Notes: a model not told the origin generated them from the letters alone. A stretch of 63,162 bases of DNA, filler included, from Globobulimina sp. (GCA_003354225.1; 31 parts of 31 records of this genome joined end to end with filler, not necessarily neighbours in it), one strand, 5' to 3'. Numbered from the whole stretch's first letter, positions 47,618 to 59,266 are shown. Numbers and translations: made by a program.

Positions 47618-48871
47618 ATGTCAGCACGTGCACCCATCTCAGGTGACCAATCACTTCGTGATCACTTCTCTAAAGCTGATAGCGATCCAGAATTTGGTTA
47701 CTTGCACATAGTAATCAATTTCGACACCAATAAATTTGAAGTGAATAACTATGCATCAAATAAAGACCTTGACGACGATGCATTATTTGAACAAATGGTG
47801 ACAGAATGCGCTGAAAAAGAACATACTTTTTTTATAGTTCGCGATCCGACCCATAATAATGTAATAAAACCCAAACGCGATGAGCTAAAAGAGGACAATG
47901 ATGAAGCATCAAACTCCAAATCGCAATTAAATTTATACATTTTAATACATTTCGCGCCGGATTTATCCCCGGTAAAACAACGTATGATGTACGCCTCATC
48001 CCGGCCGTCATTGAAAGCCTTTTTAGGACATTCCGCATTCTCTCAGGATTATCATTGTTCATCCACAGTACGTATATTATATTTATTTTCATCGCAATTT
48101 CGCATTCTCACTAAAACCGACACAAATTCCCATGCCCAAACAGCCCGAATTGAGTATAAAGAAAATCATCGATGCGCGGACATTGCATCAGAGAATAGAC
48201 TTTCGTTCAGATGCTGAAATCGAAAAAGAGCAGGCCGTTAAGTGTGCGTTTTTGCGCATAGAGTGCAAGGATATTTTGCTTGTTTTTGACAGTCATTGGA
48301 CAGCGTGGCCACCGCAGCAAAATCCTCCGTGATGAAAAGTTTGCCGATTGATATCCAGGAATCGGCAGTCTCCGCCATAGATAATTATAAATCCGGAGCG
48401 TGTAAATGTGTGTTTTTGTCATTGACCAAAGGGACGCAAGGCATTGAAGGTGAAGAGAAGAAAGTGGATAAACTATCGGAACTACGCGATTTATTAAGTG
48501 ACAATGACCCAAAATATATATTGTTTTGGTACAGCAAATCCAAAGCAGAGAATGTCGAGGAAGAGAAAGAACAGTTCGGTGCTAAGCAAATATTTGGTTA
48601 TTATTGTCCGGAAAAAGCGGATCGAAAGTTCAGATTTGTATATTCAACGTGCAAAGCAAATGTGATTGAGTATTGTGCGAGTATTGGGGTTGAGTTTTAT
48701 GCCAAAGTGGAGTGTACAAATTCTAATGAGTTCAAAGAGGACTATATGGATTATCATGTTTTCCCCGTTAAAGAGAAAAAGCAAACATTTGCCATGCCCA
48801 AAGGCCCGAAATCTAGACGGAAATCAAGGTCAAAAAAGAAGAAGAAAATCAATCTCGATGACTTAGAATAA
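47618..48871 (+). CDS. TWF: Twinfilin (two ADF-H domains), 3 exons
   Basis: PDLSPVKQRMMYASSR, FGYYCPE...RFVYSTCK, C-tail FAMPKGP; introns 48068-48143 and 48237-48292. Confidence 0.88.
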
Positions 48872-48987
48872 CTTAGAAATTATTTTTNNNNNNNNNNNNN
48901 NNNNNNNNNNNNNNNNNNNNNNNNNNNNNNNTTAATTAATTAANNNNNNNNNNNNNNNNNNNNNNNNNNNNNNNNNNNNNNNNNNNN

Positions 48988-50927
48988 TTCTGTATAAGCA
49001 TTTCGTTACGACTTACGATAGAAATAAAACTATAAACTTTTTATACATATTACATATACAAAATAGAAATTATTTATAAGTATTTATAATTATTCGGGTA
49101 TAACAACGGACCAATCTTTATATTGCCTTTTCCCATATTGTATATCCAAAATGGTATCAAACAATTCCTTTGCCAATGGTCCAGCCCCTGCATTTGGATC
49201 ATTTGTATCCAATGGAATAACATAATCTTTACCCTTCCAACCAATTTTATTGACTGGCGCAATGACCGCAGCTGTCCCCGCCCCAAAAGATTCCATCATT
49301 CGATTTTCCTCAATGGCTTCAATAACGTCACTCATTGTAAAATATCTTTCAGTCACTTTAAATCTGTTCCAATCGCGAACCAATTCCAACACACAATCCC
49401 TAGTCACACCGGGCAATATTGTGCCATCCAAAGGAGCTGTCACCAATTCCTCTTCGCCATCTTTATTCCTCCAAAAGAAAAACTGATTCATTGTCCCAAC
49501 CTCAGACACAATATATTCTACATTCGAAGCATCCGAACTCATATCGCCACTCTTCATATTCTGCGGCAATAACCACATAATTTGAGAATAGCCCTTTGCT
49601 GCAGCTTCCACCTGCGGTTTAATGGTGGGCCCATAATTGGAGCCTAACTTCTTATCGCCGACACCGCCGGGCCAGGCACGCACATATTTGTCAGTCGCGA
49701 GCAACGAAACTGGCTTAAATCCGTCCGGATAATAGGGACCAACCGGAGAGAGAATGGTGTATAATTTCAAACTTTGTGCGGGTTGAACCATGATAGATGC
49801 AGTTGTACTGATTATGGTAGGTCGAATATATAAAGAATAGCCATATTGGTTGGGAATCCATGAACGTTCTAATTTTACCAATTCTGAGATGCAATGCATA
49901 AGTTCTCCGCTGTCAATTGCTGGGAAACACAACGCTTCGCAGGAACTATTTAAACGTTGCATATTTTTATCGGGCCGAAATAAACGTATTCGGTCATTGT
50001 CGTCGAGATAGGCTTTGGTGCCTTTAATTTGTTATATGTATATATTTATTTTGTAGAATATTATAATTATAGATACAGATACCATCAAATGCAGCTAATG
50101 AGTATTGAAATGACGATGAAGCGGGATCTACTTGGAATGGTGCATATGGTCTAATTTTTGGATCATCCCATCCATACTGCACAGTCCAATCAATTTCAAG
50201 CAAATGATCTGTCCATTCTTTACCAAATAATAACTCGTGATATGGTGATTTAGGTTTGAGATTGTCGCTGAGTTCAATTGTTAATGCTTTTGAATTCAAT
50301 TCATTTAATTTCTGCATTTTGCTAGTACTGCTTGTTGCGCGTCTGATGTTATGTTGAAGTGTGGATTTGAGGGATGTTCTGCCCAATCGGTTGCACATGG
50401 CCATGATGGATTTGCCAATAAGCTGTTTTTTTAAGAGTTTAAAAACTTTGAAACCTAGAACTCAACATTTTTGCAACATCTAGCTAAATTTAGCAACAAA
50501 TTGATTTTTTCCGTCTACAATCAATATTTAATACTGAATTATGTCAACCATATTTATTTGGCTTGGGTTTGTTCTGTGTTTGTTATAACTTTGTCTTGGG
50601 TTTGCAAATCCAGAACAAAGTCATAACAAAGGGGTTGGGGTTATCCAATGAAATATATCGTTGAACATAAACTTGCATTAACCGCAAAATAGACACTAAT
50701 CGTATTTCTTGGCGGAAACATTTCTCACCGTCCACACTCCACAGAGAATAAGAGAAAGCTAGTAAAAAAGAGTGGCATTATTGAGTGGCATTATTTGTGG
50801 CGGCAGTCTTCTGTATAAGCATTTCGTTACGACTTACGATAGAAATAAAACTATAAACTTTTTATACATATTACATATACAAAATAGAAATTATTTATAA
50901 GTATTTATAATTATTCGGGTATAACAA
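48988..50927. repeat. 119-bp exact terminal direct repeat of the contig (48988-49106 = 50809-50927)
   Basis: Identical TTCTGTATAAGCATTTCG...GGGTATAACAA at both contig ends. Confidence 0.93.
49090..50404 (-). CDS. BCAT: Branched-chain amino acid aminotransferase, mitochondrial-type, 2 exons
   Basis: FGKEWTDH, FDG|TKAY, LFRP, SLYIRPT, RAWPGGVGDKKLGSNY, EVGTMN, ILPGVTR, GAGTAA; intron 50022-50082. Confidence 0.93.
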
Positions 50928-51027
50928 NNNNNNNNNNNNNNNNNNNNNNNNNNNNNNNNNNNNNNNNNNNNTTAATTAATTAANNNNNNNNNNNNNNNNN
51001 NNNNNNNNNNNNNNNNNNNNNNNNNNN

Positions 51028-51531
51028 GGAGGTTATGTGATACATAAAGCTAATTTTTATACGAATAACAGCTAGTATTATACAAAAAACTACTGCAATT
51101 CCTCCAATTACCATACTAATTTTATTCAATCTATTCATGCATTTTTTTGCTTCTGTTGGTGCATTCGCATGCATTATTTCATGATGAATTTGAATAAAAC
51201 GCATAGTTCCAATAAATGTTAAATACACTGCCAACAAAACGTTTAAAACAATAAATGCGGGATAGGCACTGTCATCATTCGCCACTGCTGATATAGTTTC
51301 TGATAGAATGAAATCACTGTTTACATCATTTGATAACATCCTTTCATTTGTAAATTGCAAAATGTTGACAAACTATTACTTTTGTTGAATCAATACGTAC
51401 ATTTTATTTACATACAGCATAATGGCCAAGCCCCATAATAATGTGATAACCATTAGCAATGGGGCAATAACAGCAAATCTCTGTAGCTTTGGATATTTCA
51501 ATGTAACAGATCTCATGTTTGCCATTGGCAT
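51028..51531 (-). CDS. Frag1/DRAM/Sfk1 (TMEM150-like) membrane protein, truncated
   Basis: TM followed by TISAVA...AYPAF...MRFIQI...RLNKISMVIG pattern; short intron about 51341-51400. Confidence 0.6.
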
Positions 51532-51663
51532 TGAATCAAACAATACTCGTACATTCAGACCATGTTGTTCCCGCATCGACAACGCAGATGTTGCCTTAAA
51601 CCACAGCATTCGGAACAGTCTGTTTACATACACAATTATATTAAAAAAAAAACTGTTTTTATA

Positions 51664-52785
51664 ATGAGTTCACTCCTGAGATCACTGTACCAAGGCTTAC
51701 CTTTTATGCATACATGCAACAGAAGGTTTGTATCAATAGAAGCACGAAGAAAAGCAAAGCAAACCAGAGTTGTAAAACGTAGAAAATCTATAAGATCGGA
51801 ATTGTGCGAAGGTGAACCAGTAATATTACATTCCATGCAAGGCATTGACGACCACAGTCACAACAAAGTAGATGAGACTGAATGTATAGACACATCGTCT
51901 GAACCCACAAAATTGGTTGAAAACACATTTGAAAAGCTATTACCAGAAATTCGTAAACCAATCAAACCGATCGGAGAATATTTGTATGGACCAAACGCCA
52001 TTTATGCAGCGTTAAAATCAAATAAAAGACAGTTTTATCATCGATTATATCTATCGACAATCGGTGAAAACTATACAAAAACACCAAATGCAAAGATTTC
52101 AAAACGAAAACAGAATTACAATGATATAGTATCTTTATGTGACACTATGCAAATTCCGATAGAATATTGCTCAAAAAAGGAATTAAATCATTTTGTCTCT
52201 AAGAATATGCATCAAGGATTTGTATTGGATTGTGATGCCATGCAATTTCAAAATATTATGGATAATCCAATACCATTCAATGAGAAGTCAATTTGGATCG
52301 CATTTGATCACTTATTCAATGAGGAAAATGTTGGCGCAGTGCTTCGGAGTTCGTTATTTTTTGGTGTTGATGGCGTTATTTATTCAAATAGAAATTGCGC
52401 GCCCTTATCACCGTTAGTTGCAACAACGGCATCCGGCGCATTGGATTGCATTGACATTAGATTATGTTCACAATCGTTACACGAATATTTGCATGAAATG
52501 AAAGGAAAAGGATGGAATATTGTTGGATTGGATGTTGATAAAGATTCGGACGGAGATAGGCGGACTGAACTAATTAATTTCAAATCGTCAATGGAAAGGA
52601 AACCAATAATTGTTGTGATTGGAAACGAATCGCGAGGATTGTCTGAGGAAGTTGTAGATGAATGCGATGAATTGGTTTATATTGGAGGTAATAAAAATGC
52701 GTTGCAATATAATGTCGACTCGTTAAATGTTGCAAGTGCGTGTTCTGTGGCTTTGTATCACATTATGCAGAATAAGTTTTGTTGA
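51664..52785 (+). CDS. MRM1: SpoU-family rRNA 2'-O-methyltransferase, mitochondrial (MRM1/RlmB-like)
   Basis: LYGPNAI, HQGFVL, ENVGAVLRSSLFFG, ASGA, VIGNESRGL, VDSLNVASA; transit-peptide-like N-terminus. Confidence 0.85.
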   Translation: MSSLLRSLYQGLPFMHTCNRRFVSIEARRKAKQTRVVKRRKSIRSELCEGEPVILHSMQGIDDHSHNKVDETECIDTSSEPTKLVENTFEKLLPEIRKPIKPIGEYLYGPNAIYAALKSNKRQFYHRLYLSTIGENYTKTPNAKISKRKQNYNDIVSLCDTMQIPIEYCSKKELNHFVSKNMHQGFVLDCDAMQFQNIMDNPIPFNEKSIWIAFDHLFNEENVGAVLRSSLFFGVDGVIYSNRNCAPLSPLVATTASGALDCIDIRLCSQSLHEYLHEMKGKGWNIVGLDVDKDSDGDRRTELINFKSSMERKPIIVVIGNESRGLSEEVVDECDELVYIGGNKNALQYNVDSLNVASACSVALYHIMQNKFC

Positions 52786-53067
52786 ACAAAAATTTCTAGA
52801 AAATTCCACTCTTTATAGGGCTGATGAAATTCATGAAAAAAGTAAAGTACTGGTAATGGCAACTTTCCATATGAATTGTGCTATATGTTGTTACATAATG
52901 GAATTTTGTGTCTGCAGTGATGAGTTTATTAACTACCATCATTCATTTTGATATTTGCAAACCATTTNNNNNNNNNNNNNNNNNNNNNNNNNNNNNNNNN
53001 NNNNNNNNNNNTTAATTAATTAANNNNNNNNNNNNNNNNNNNNNNNNNNNNNNNNNNNNNNNNNNNN

Positions 53068-54306
53068 ATCAGCATCAATGTGCCGTTCCTGACCGGCGAC
53101 AAATACATTTTGCTGGACATTGGCGGCGGAACTTGCGACATCGCGGCACATGAAATAATGGGAGAATTTGCCATCGCCGAAGTGTTGCATCCGTCTGGCG
53201 GACCGTGGGGAGCGTCCAACATCGACGCAGAGTTCGAGCTGATGTTGGACGACATTTTCAGCAAAGAGTGGATGAACGAATTCAAACAAGTCTCTCCCAA
53301 CATGTACCAGCAATTATTGTATAACTTCATCAGTTTCAGCAAAATGTCCTTTTACACGAATAATAATGTCAGTTACCACGACGTGACATTGCCTTCCAAC
53401 TTTGGAGACTTTTTGATTGACAAATTGGAGGAAATGCAGTCGCCGGACTTGGACGAGGATGATGACGACGACTGGGATGCCGACGAGTTGTTGGATGAGT
53501 ATTTGCGGAAAAGGTGTTTGGAGCTGTACAAGAATGAGAAGCTGATAACGATGAACGAGCTGTCTTCGTCGGCGTATGTGCTGTCGCTACACTTTAATTT
53601 ATGGAAGAAGCTGTTCAACATCGTGGTGGATCCCATCGTGCAGCACATTGAGAAGATATTGGAGGATAAGAATATGCGGCAATGCAAGTACATATTCCTT
53701 GTGGGCGGCTTTGCCAATGCCAAATATTTGCAGGAGAGGATCAAGTATGAGTTTGGTGACCGAATATCCATTGTCATCCCGCAGTTGCCTCAGTTGTGTG
53801 TGGTGGATGGCGCTGCGCGGTATGGCTTGCGGCCCAATTTCATGAAAGTGAGGAGATTGGCCAAATCGTATGGGATTCAGACGAATAAATCACTCAATTC
53901 GGTCAAGGACTATATACATTTGTTTCCACTCAAATATATTGAGAATAATACCTATTTTGATGCAGAGTTGAAACAGAAATATGTGCAGCAATGTTTTTGT
54001 GTGTTTGCGGTGAAGAATAAAGCGATTAATATCAATGACCAGGCCATTCGCAAAAGTGTTTATAAGATGACCGCAGACCAAAAGAAAATGATGATTGAGA
54101 TCTTTTTGAGTCAGAAAGTAAAACCGATGACGACCAGCGCCGAAGACGGCTGCAAGAAAATTGGCAAATTGGTTATCGAGTTGCCCAACACCGAGGAATA
54201 CAAAGTTTGGGTCGAATTTCAATATTCGGACACTATGCTGACTGTTTATGCCTATCCAAACAACAGAAGAGACCTTAAAATTCAGTCTGTCATTCAGTAT
54301 CATTAA
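53068..54306 (+). CDS. HSPA12-type Hsp70, C-terminal part
   Basis: GDKYILLDIGGGTCDI, SGGPWGASNID, IFLVGGFANAKYLQ, VVDGAARYG. Confidence 0.88.
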   Translation: MSINVPFLTGDKYILLDIGGGTCDIAAHEIMGEFAIAEVLHPSGGPWGASNIDAEFELMLDDIFSKEWMNEFKQVSPNMYQQLLYNFISFSKMSFYTNNNVSYHDVTLPSNFGDFLIDKLEEMQSPDLDEDDDDDWDADELLDEYLRKRCLELYKNEKLITMNELSSSAYVLSLHFNLWKKLFNIVVDPIVQHIEKILEDKNMRQCKYIFLVGGFANAKYLQERIKYEFGDRISIVIPQLPQLCVVDGAARYGLRPNFMKVRRLAKSYGIQTNKSLNSVKDYIHLFPLKYIENNTYFDAELKQKYVQQCFCVFAVKNKAININDQAIRKSVYKMTADQKKMMIEIFLSQKVKPMTTSAEDGCKKIGKLVIELPNTEEYKVWVEFQYSDTMLTVYAYPNNRRDLKIQSVIQYH

Positions 54307-54491
54307 TTGACTGTTTTCAAATTGTTTATAATATTTCGTGTGTTTGTTTTTTCGTTTGTTATTTAGAAGCGATGGACATGAGATTTGTTTTTCGCAACGA
54401 TGATGAAAACAGAATGAAATTGAAAGGGATCAAGAATAAATGGACAGGATTTTGAACTACTGTCAAATGGAAACTTGCATTTTATTACGTC

Positions 54492-54812
54492 ATGTCTTCA
54501 ACTTGGACAATTGTGTCAATTGTCTGGTTCTTCCAGGGTGTTGTACATTTATTGACACTTATCTGCCTTTCTGAACATAAGCGATTCGTCGCAATTAATT
54601 GGTATTCTATTAGAACAATATGGCGTGCTAGTATCAATTTGGCCATGGTGTTCATATTTTTCTTGATCTACATTTTTGACAATTTCGACAATGACACATT
54701 CGGTTTCGTTCGATTAATTCTTATGGGGGTGCAAATAGCAGCATCTATTACATTCAGTGTTCTGTTTCTTGAAGAACGTCAACGACTTAATGAAAAATAT
54801 AAACAAATTTAG
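54492..54812 (+). CDS. Small 3-TM hypothetical protein
   Basis: 106-aa ORF with three hydrophobic helices. Confidence 0.55.
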   Translation: MSSTWTIVSIVWFFQGVVHLLTLICLSEHKRFVAINWYSIRTIWRASINLAMVFIFFLIYIFDNFDNDTFGFVRLILMGVQIAASITFSVLFLEERQRLNEKYKQI

Positions 54813-55106
54813 TTGATGTCTACTGTTAATGTTATGTGTTTATACAGTCAGAGATCAGTTATCTCTGATTGTACAGTCAGAGAGTTTAGAGATATATAGT
54901 ACTAGTTCTATATATAGTACTGTATACTATATATAGTATCACATCAACCACTATGATACCATTTATAGTATCAGTTCCATATATAGTAATATTACCATAT
55001 AATAGTNNNNNNNNNNNNNNNNNNNNNNNNNNNNNNNNNNNNNNNNNNNNTTAATTAATTAANNNNNNNNNNNNNNNNNNNNNNNNNNNNNNNNNNNNNN
55101 NNNNNN

Positions 55107-57023
55107 ATTTGTGGATATAATCTTAAAATCGCCAGTCTCCGCAGTTACGTTTATAGCACTTTGTGCTTTACAATTTTTAATATTTGTTGCATTGAATGTA
55201 ATATCGGTTGAACCAGATAATGCAAATAAGGCTGTCATGGCATTGTTTGATTTGGAATTATCATAAATTTCACAATTATCACATGCAAATGCTCCACTTT
55301 GCGTGATTGAAAATAAATGATCTGCAGAGTTATTGTGTATACGGCAGCCAACACATTCAATATCTCCAACATTCTCACCATTCACAATGCTCTCGGATAC
55401 GGTGTTATTATTAAATGTAGTGTCAAATACAGATAATGTTGGGTTTCTTAATGCATTTCCAACCTTAAAATTTGATGTCTCGCTTGTTTGAGCTATGATA
55501 TTTATCATTGAGGAAACCATATTATTTGAAAAATCTTCGTTATTAAATTCTAATCTGTTTACACTAAAATCATCATTGGAGTCAAACGCATCAAAGTCTA
55601 AAATATAGGAAGAGGCCGCTGTGTGAGCAAAATATTTGTTGTTTGAAAATTTTAAATTTGGTCTCAATACTTCATAGGTAGTCGCTGATAAATCACTAAA
55701 GGAGTCGTCAATGGCTATATCTTGTATGCTATACACCGGCGACGAGGTCATCCCATCAAATAAACAATTTTCGATATTCAACGAGGTCTCGGTAGCAAAG
55801 GACGATATCAATGAAGCCACTTTTGTTGTGTTTATAAGCTCATTGGACAATGTAATATTGAGTCCCGACTGTGTAAAATTGCAATATTGAATTAGTAATT
55901 GGTCGCGAATGGACAATTGAGATATGATAATTGTATGTGAGTCTGTGGAGGATGCAAATGTCGACGATTCTATGTTCATTTTAGAGGCATCCGGCCATTT
56001 AATTGTGTTGTTCCGTATGATTTGTATTGCTCTCTCAAATTCGGTAAAATGTGAGTTTAATACATGAACGGATCCAACATCGATTCCAGTCAAAAAACGG
56101 CGAGACGAATCGGCGAAAATATCTAATATCTTTAATGTTGCAGCACCATTTAAATAAATATAAGATCCTCCATCATTTTGAATGTCTGCAAAATGCCCGC
56201 CATCCAATGTGAAATTTAAGCTTAATCCATCACTGTAAATATCAAATATATTCTCATCGTCTGCATAGAGGCTTAAATTTAAATAATCACAATCTGAAAA
56301 TACTAATGATGCGGCAGTGGCAGATACACCTGGCCCTAAATATGATTTTAACACAGTTTGCCCATCAAACATTTTAGTTTGGTTCACAACCATTCGAGTG
56401 GCTGCAGATGGACTTAATATATTGACTTCAAATAAGATATCAAAAAAATCAAATTCCACATCAGATATGAAAATATTTAATGCGTCGGTGGCTCGCAGAA
56501 ATCCGTCGCTTTGGTCAAGGATGGAATTTTTACCAAAGTAAAAATTAACAGAACCATTAATATCAAAATAATATTCGCTATCTACATTATTAAAGGTCAG
56601 GTAATCAACATAGAGATCGATTTGTGTGGAACCTGCCGAATTAATATCAATTAAACTCGTCGTTGGTGCGGATACATCAAATAATGAGATGTTATGAATT
56701 GTAAATGTTTTAGAGGCAGTATTTGAGAAAGTATTTACAAAAATTAATTGTTGACTATTTGTATCAAAATCCGAATCCGAAAAATCGACGTTTATTAATT
56801 CTCTCTCACCATCGTCAAAGTAAATAAATGAGCCGCCAAAGTTTGAAATTTCTAAGTCTTTCAAAGTAATAATTGCATCATTTTGATTCGGTGCGGCATA
56901 GCCACCAATAAAGCCATTGAAATTTGGCGCGACGATTTGTGAGTCAGTGACAGAGAGTAAATCCATGTCTGTGATATTTGTAAAATGTATAAATTCATTA
57001 TTAACACGGCTTGTATTCCCCAA
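55107..57023 (-). CDS. Large right-handed beta-helix (pectin-lyase-fold-like) protein, internal fragment
   Basis: Over 630 codons open; recurring I.N..F..N units (IESSTFAS, IQYCNFTQ, IENCLFDG, VFDTTFNNN). Confidence 0.65.
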
Positions 57024-57359
57024 TATATCTAAATTGAATGCGCAGNNNNNNNNNNNNNNNNNNNNNNNNNNNNNNNNNNNNNNNNNNNNTTAATTAATTA
57101 ANNNNNNNNNNNNNNNNNNNNNNNNNNNNNNNNNNNNNNNNNNNNATTTTTGGTACCGTGAGCTCCAAACCTAAGAATCTACCAAAGCGCGCGGGACGGA
57201 GTCCCGCGCCACTCTCTTGCAGCGCGCACCCCAAGGCCCCTCCCCTCCCTGCTCGGTCGGTTCGGGGAGGGAAAGGGGGGAAGGTGGAAAGGGATGCTTC
57301 GCATCATTTTAAAAAGTATAAAATAGAGGCACATTTCATTATTTCACCACTCTATCATA

Positions 57360-58142
57360 ATGGCTGACGAATCGTTCTACATGTATCTGATGAGCCACAA
57401 GGGTCAGGCTGACAACAAATCAGTTGCGACCAATGTGGTTCCCTTTCATTATTCCAAAACCCTCGGAGAAACTGTTAAATGGAAGGTTGCTGCTCTACGC
57501 GGAAAAGTTTCAAAAACTTGGAGCACAACCCCACGAATCCAATGCGATATCAGAAGAACCAGTGCACAGAAGACAGATGATATCACTTTTGAGATCCCGG
57601 CTCAACGGATGGCCAAGGTTTCTGAAATGACGGCCAAACTCAGAGAAGCACTGAATGAAGCTTTGAAAGAACTGGATCAAAAACCAGAGGACTGGGTGAA
57701 GTTTGGTGGCTCCGGCTATGCCGCACGAAAAATCGTCGTACAACCGGGTGTCAGTATTATGTTCTCTGATGGTTTGAAGATGGTCTTGCGTTTGGATAGC
57801 TCTGAATATGCAGCTGGTGCACAACCCTTGAACATATCAATAAAAGGAGACTTGCTAAACAATGCCTACTACGATGTGCTGTACCTAACTTCTCAGAACA
57901 TCGAAGGAGTTCTGGCCAACAACACAGTGGTGAAAGCCCTTACAGAGATTACAGAAGATACAAAAATGTATGAGGCAGGCGATTCCATCGAATTCCACAA
58001 ATCAAACCCCACATATCACAATTGGATCAGTGGAGATGTGTCTGGCAAAATTGAAGTTAGGTTGACAAACAGCGTCGGGCAGCCGCTACAAATGGATGAT
58101 GGTTTCCTGTTTGTTGTACTACATTTTGTGAGAAGTATGTGA
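57360..58142 (+). CDS. Minor capsid protein (penton) of Maverick/Polinton/adintovirus type
   Basis: N-terminal SFYMYLMS...WKVAAL and C-terminal VLYLTSQNI...NPTYH...IEVRLTNSVGQPLQMDDG..FVVLHF match the recalled consensus FY.TL.S...WEV.L and LYVY.D...P.Y...I.I...G.....G....LHF. Confidence 0.78.
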   Translation: MADESFYMYLMSHKGQADNKSVATNVVPFHYSKTLGETVKWKVAALRGKVSKTWSTTPRIQCDIRRTSAQKTDDITFEIPAQRMAKVSEMTAKLREALNEALKELDQKPEDWVKFGGSGYAARKIVVQPGVSIMFSDGLKMVLRLDSSEYAAGAQPLNISIKGDLLNNAYYDVLYLTSQNIEGVLANNTVVKALTEITEDTKMYEAGDSIEFHKSNPTYHNWISGDVSGKIEVRLTNSVGQPLQMDDGFLFVVLHFVRSM

Positions 58143-58210
58143 TGCATATAGGATGCAAAATGATGCATAAATAGTATATAAATGTGTGATTTTTTACCAC
58201 TGTATCAATT

Positions 58211-58360
58211 ATGGCTATGTTTGTTCGTGGTGACGACTTGTTAAAATTCGGAATAAAACGTTTTACATATCAAGTCCCACAGCCTAAACCTAAACAAAAA
58301 CGAAAAATCGCTTATAAATTTAAGCCGAACAAAAAACCACGAACTAACAAAAATGCCTAG
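58211..58360 (+). CDS. Small basic protein (49 aa) between penton and hexon
   Basis: MAMFVRGDDLLKFGIKRFTYQVPQPKPKQKRKIAYKFKPNKKPRTNKNA*; TATA-like TATATAAA upstream; stop overlaps the hexon start. Confidence 0.5.
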   Translation: MAMFVRGDDLLKFGIKRFTYQVPQPKPKQKRKIAYKFKPNKKPRTNKNA

Positions 58361-59084
58361 AGCCAAGAAAAACGTGGCGAACGATATGGTAAAGTTAAAT
58401 TGTACCTATTACAATTTTAATAATGTATCAATCTATTCCTTTAGTTCTCCACGGAAAACGCTGTAGATGACTTCACTCAAAACTATACCATCGAAACTCT
58501 GCCATGCATAACAAAGATGCCAATAGTCGGGTCTGGAACACCTTTCAGGTTTCTAATAAAGTCGATAAAGGGCGAATACATCGATCCAAATCATCTGGTG
58601 TTGTATCTGAGGTTTAAAATATGGAAACGAGGAGCCGATGGCGCGAAAACTCCAATGCCTGAAGGAGAGAAGGTTGCACCCTATTGCGGATTTCTGTACA
58701 CCATGTTCAAGGTACAACTAATATTTTAAATGTTTTAACCGTTTTCTTAACCATGTTTTTTAAGGATATAATGGTCGACTTCAATGGTGTGACAGTGTAC
58801 ACAACGCATCAACAGTACCAACATTTGGCGTATCTTGGTATCTTGCTCAATGCGCCTCACTCAATGAAGAAAACTGTGCTGGAAATGGCACTTTGGAATC
58901 AGGACAAAGCTGGAGCATTCGATCTTGTAGACCCAAATATCTCAATGCTAAACCCCGGTGCTCACTGGAGAGCGCACAGAGTAGAAAAGTCCAAGTAGGT
59001 CGAAATGAAGGGTCCACTGCTTATAGACTGTCTGCAAGTTAGCAAGCCCATTCTAGATGGAGTCCATATCGGGTTGTCCTTTTT
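58353..59084 (+). pseudogene. Major capsid protein (hexon, double jelly-roll) N-terminal half with two introns and one in-frame TAG
   Basis: Exons 58353-58388, 58445-58711, 58765->59084: NDM|FST...PFRFLIKS..GEYIDPNHLVLYLRFKI...LYTMFK|DIMVDFNG...YQHLAYLGILL...NPGAHWR...SK*VEMKGPLLIDCLQVSKPILDGV. Confidence 0.8.
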
Positions 59085-59266
59085 NNNNNNNNNNNNNNNN
59101 NNNNNNNNNNNNNNNNNNNNNNNNNNNNTTAATTAATTAANNNNNNNNNNNNNNNNNNNNNNNNNNNNNNNNNNNNNNNNNNNNGGCTCTATGCATGCCG
59201 CATCAGATACCTTTTTTAGTTGCAATCATATTTTAGAAACGATTATTTGTATACAGATAAAGATAA

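Larger units (their letters stand above)
57146..59084 (+). mobile_element. Maverick/Polinton (adintovirus-type) virion-morphogenesis segment
   Basis: Penton-like ORF, small basic ORF and hexon-like ORF in tandem; visibly more GC-rich than most host contigs. Confidence 0.8.

Noticed and set aside
54890-55006. AT-rich palindromes (ATACTATATATAGTAT)
   Set aside because: Low-complexity TA-rich DNA at a contig end; expected by chance.
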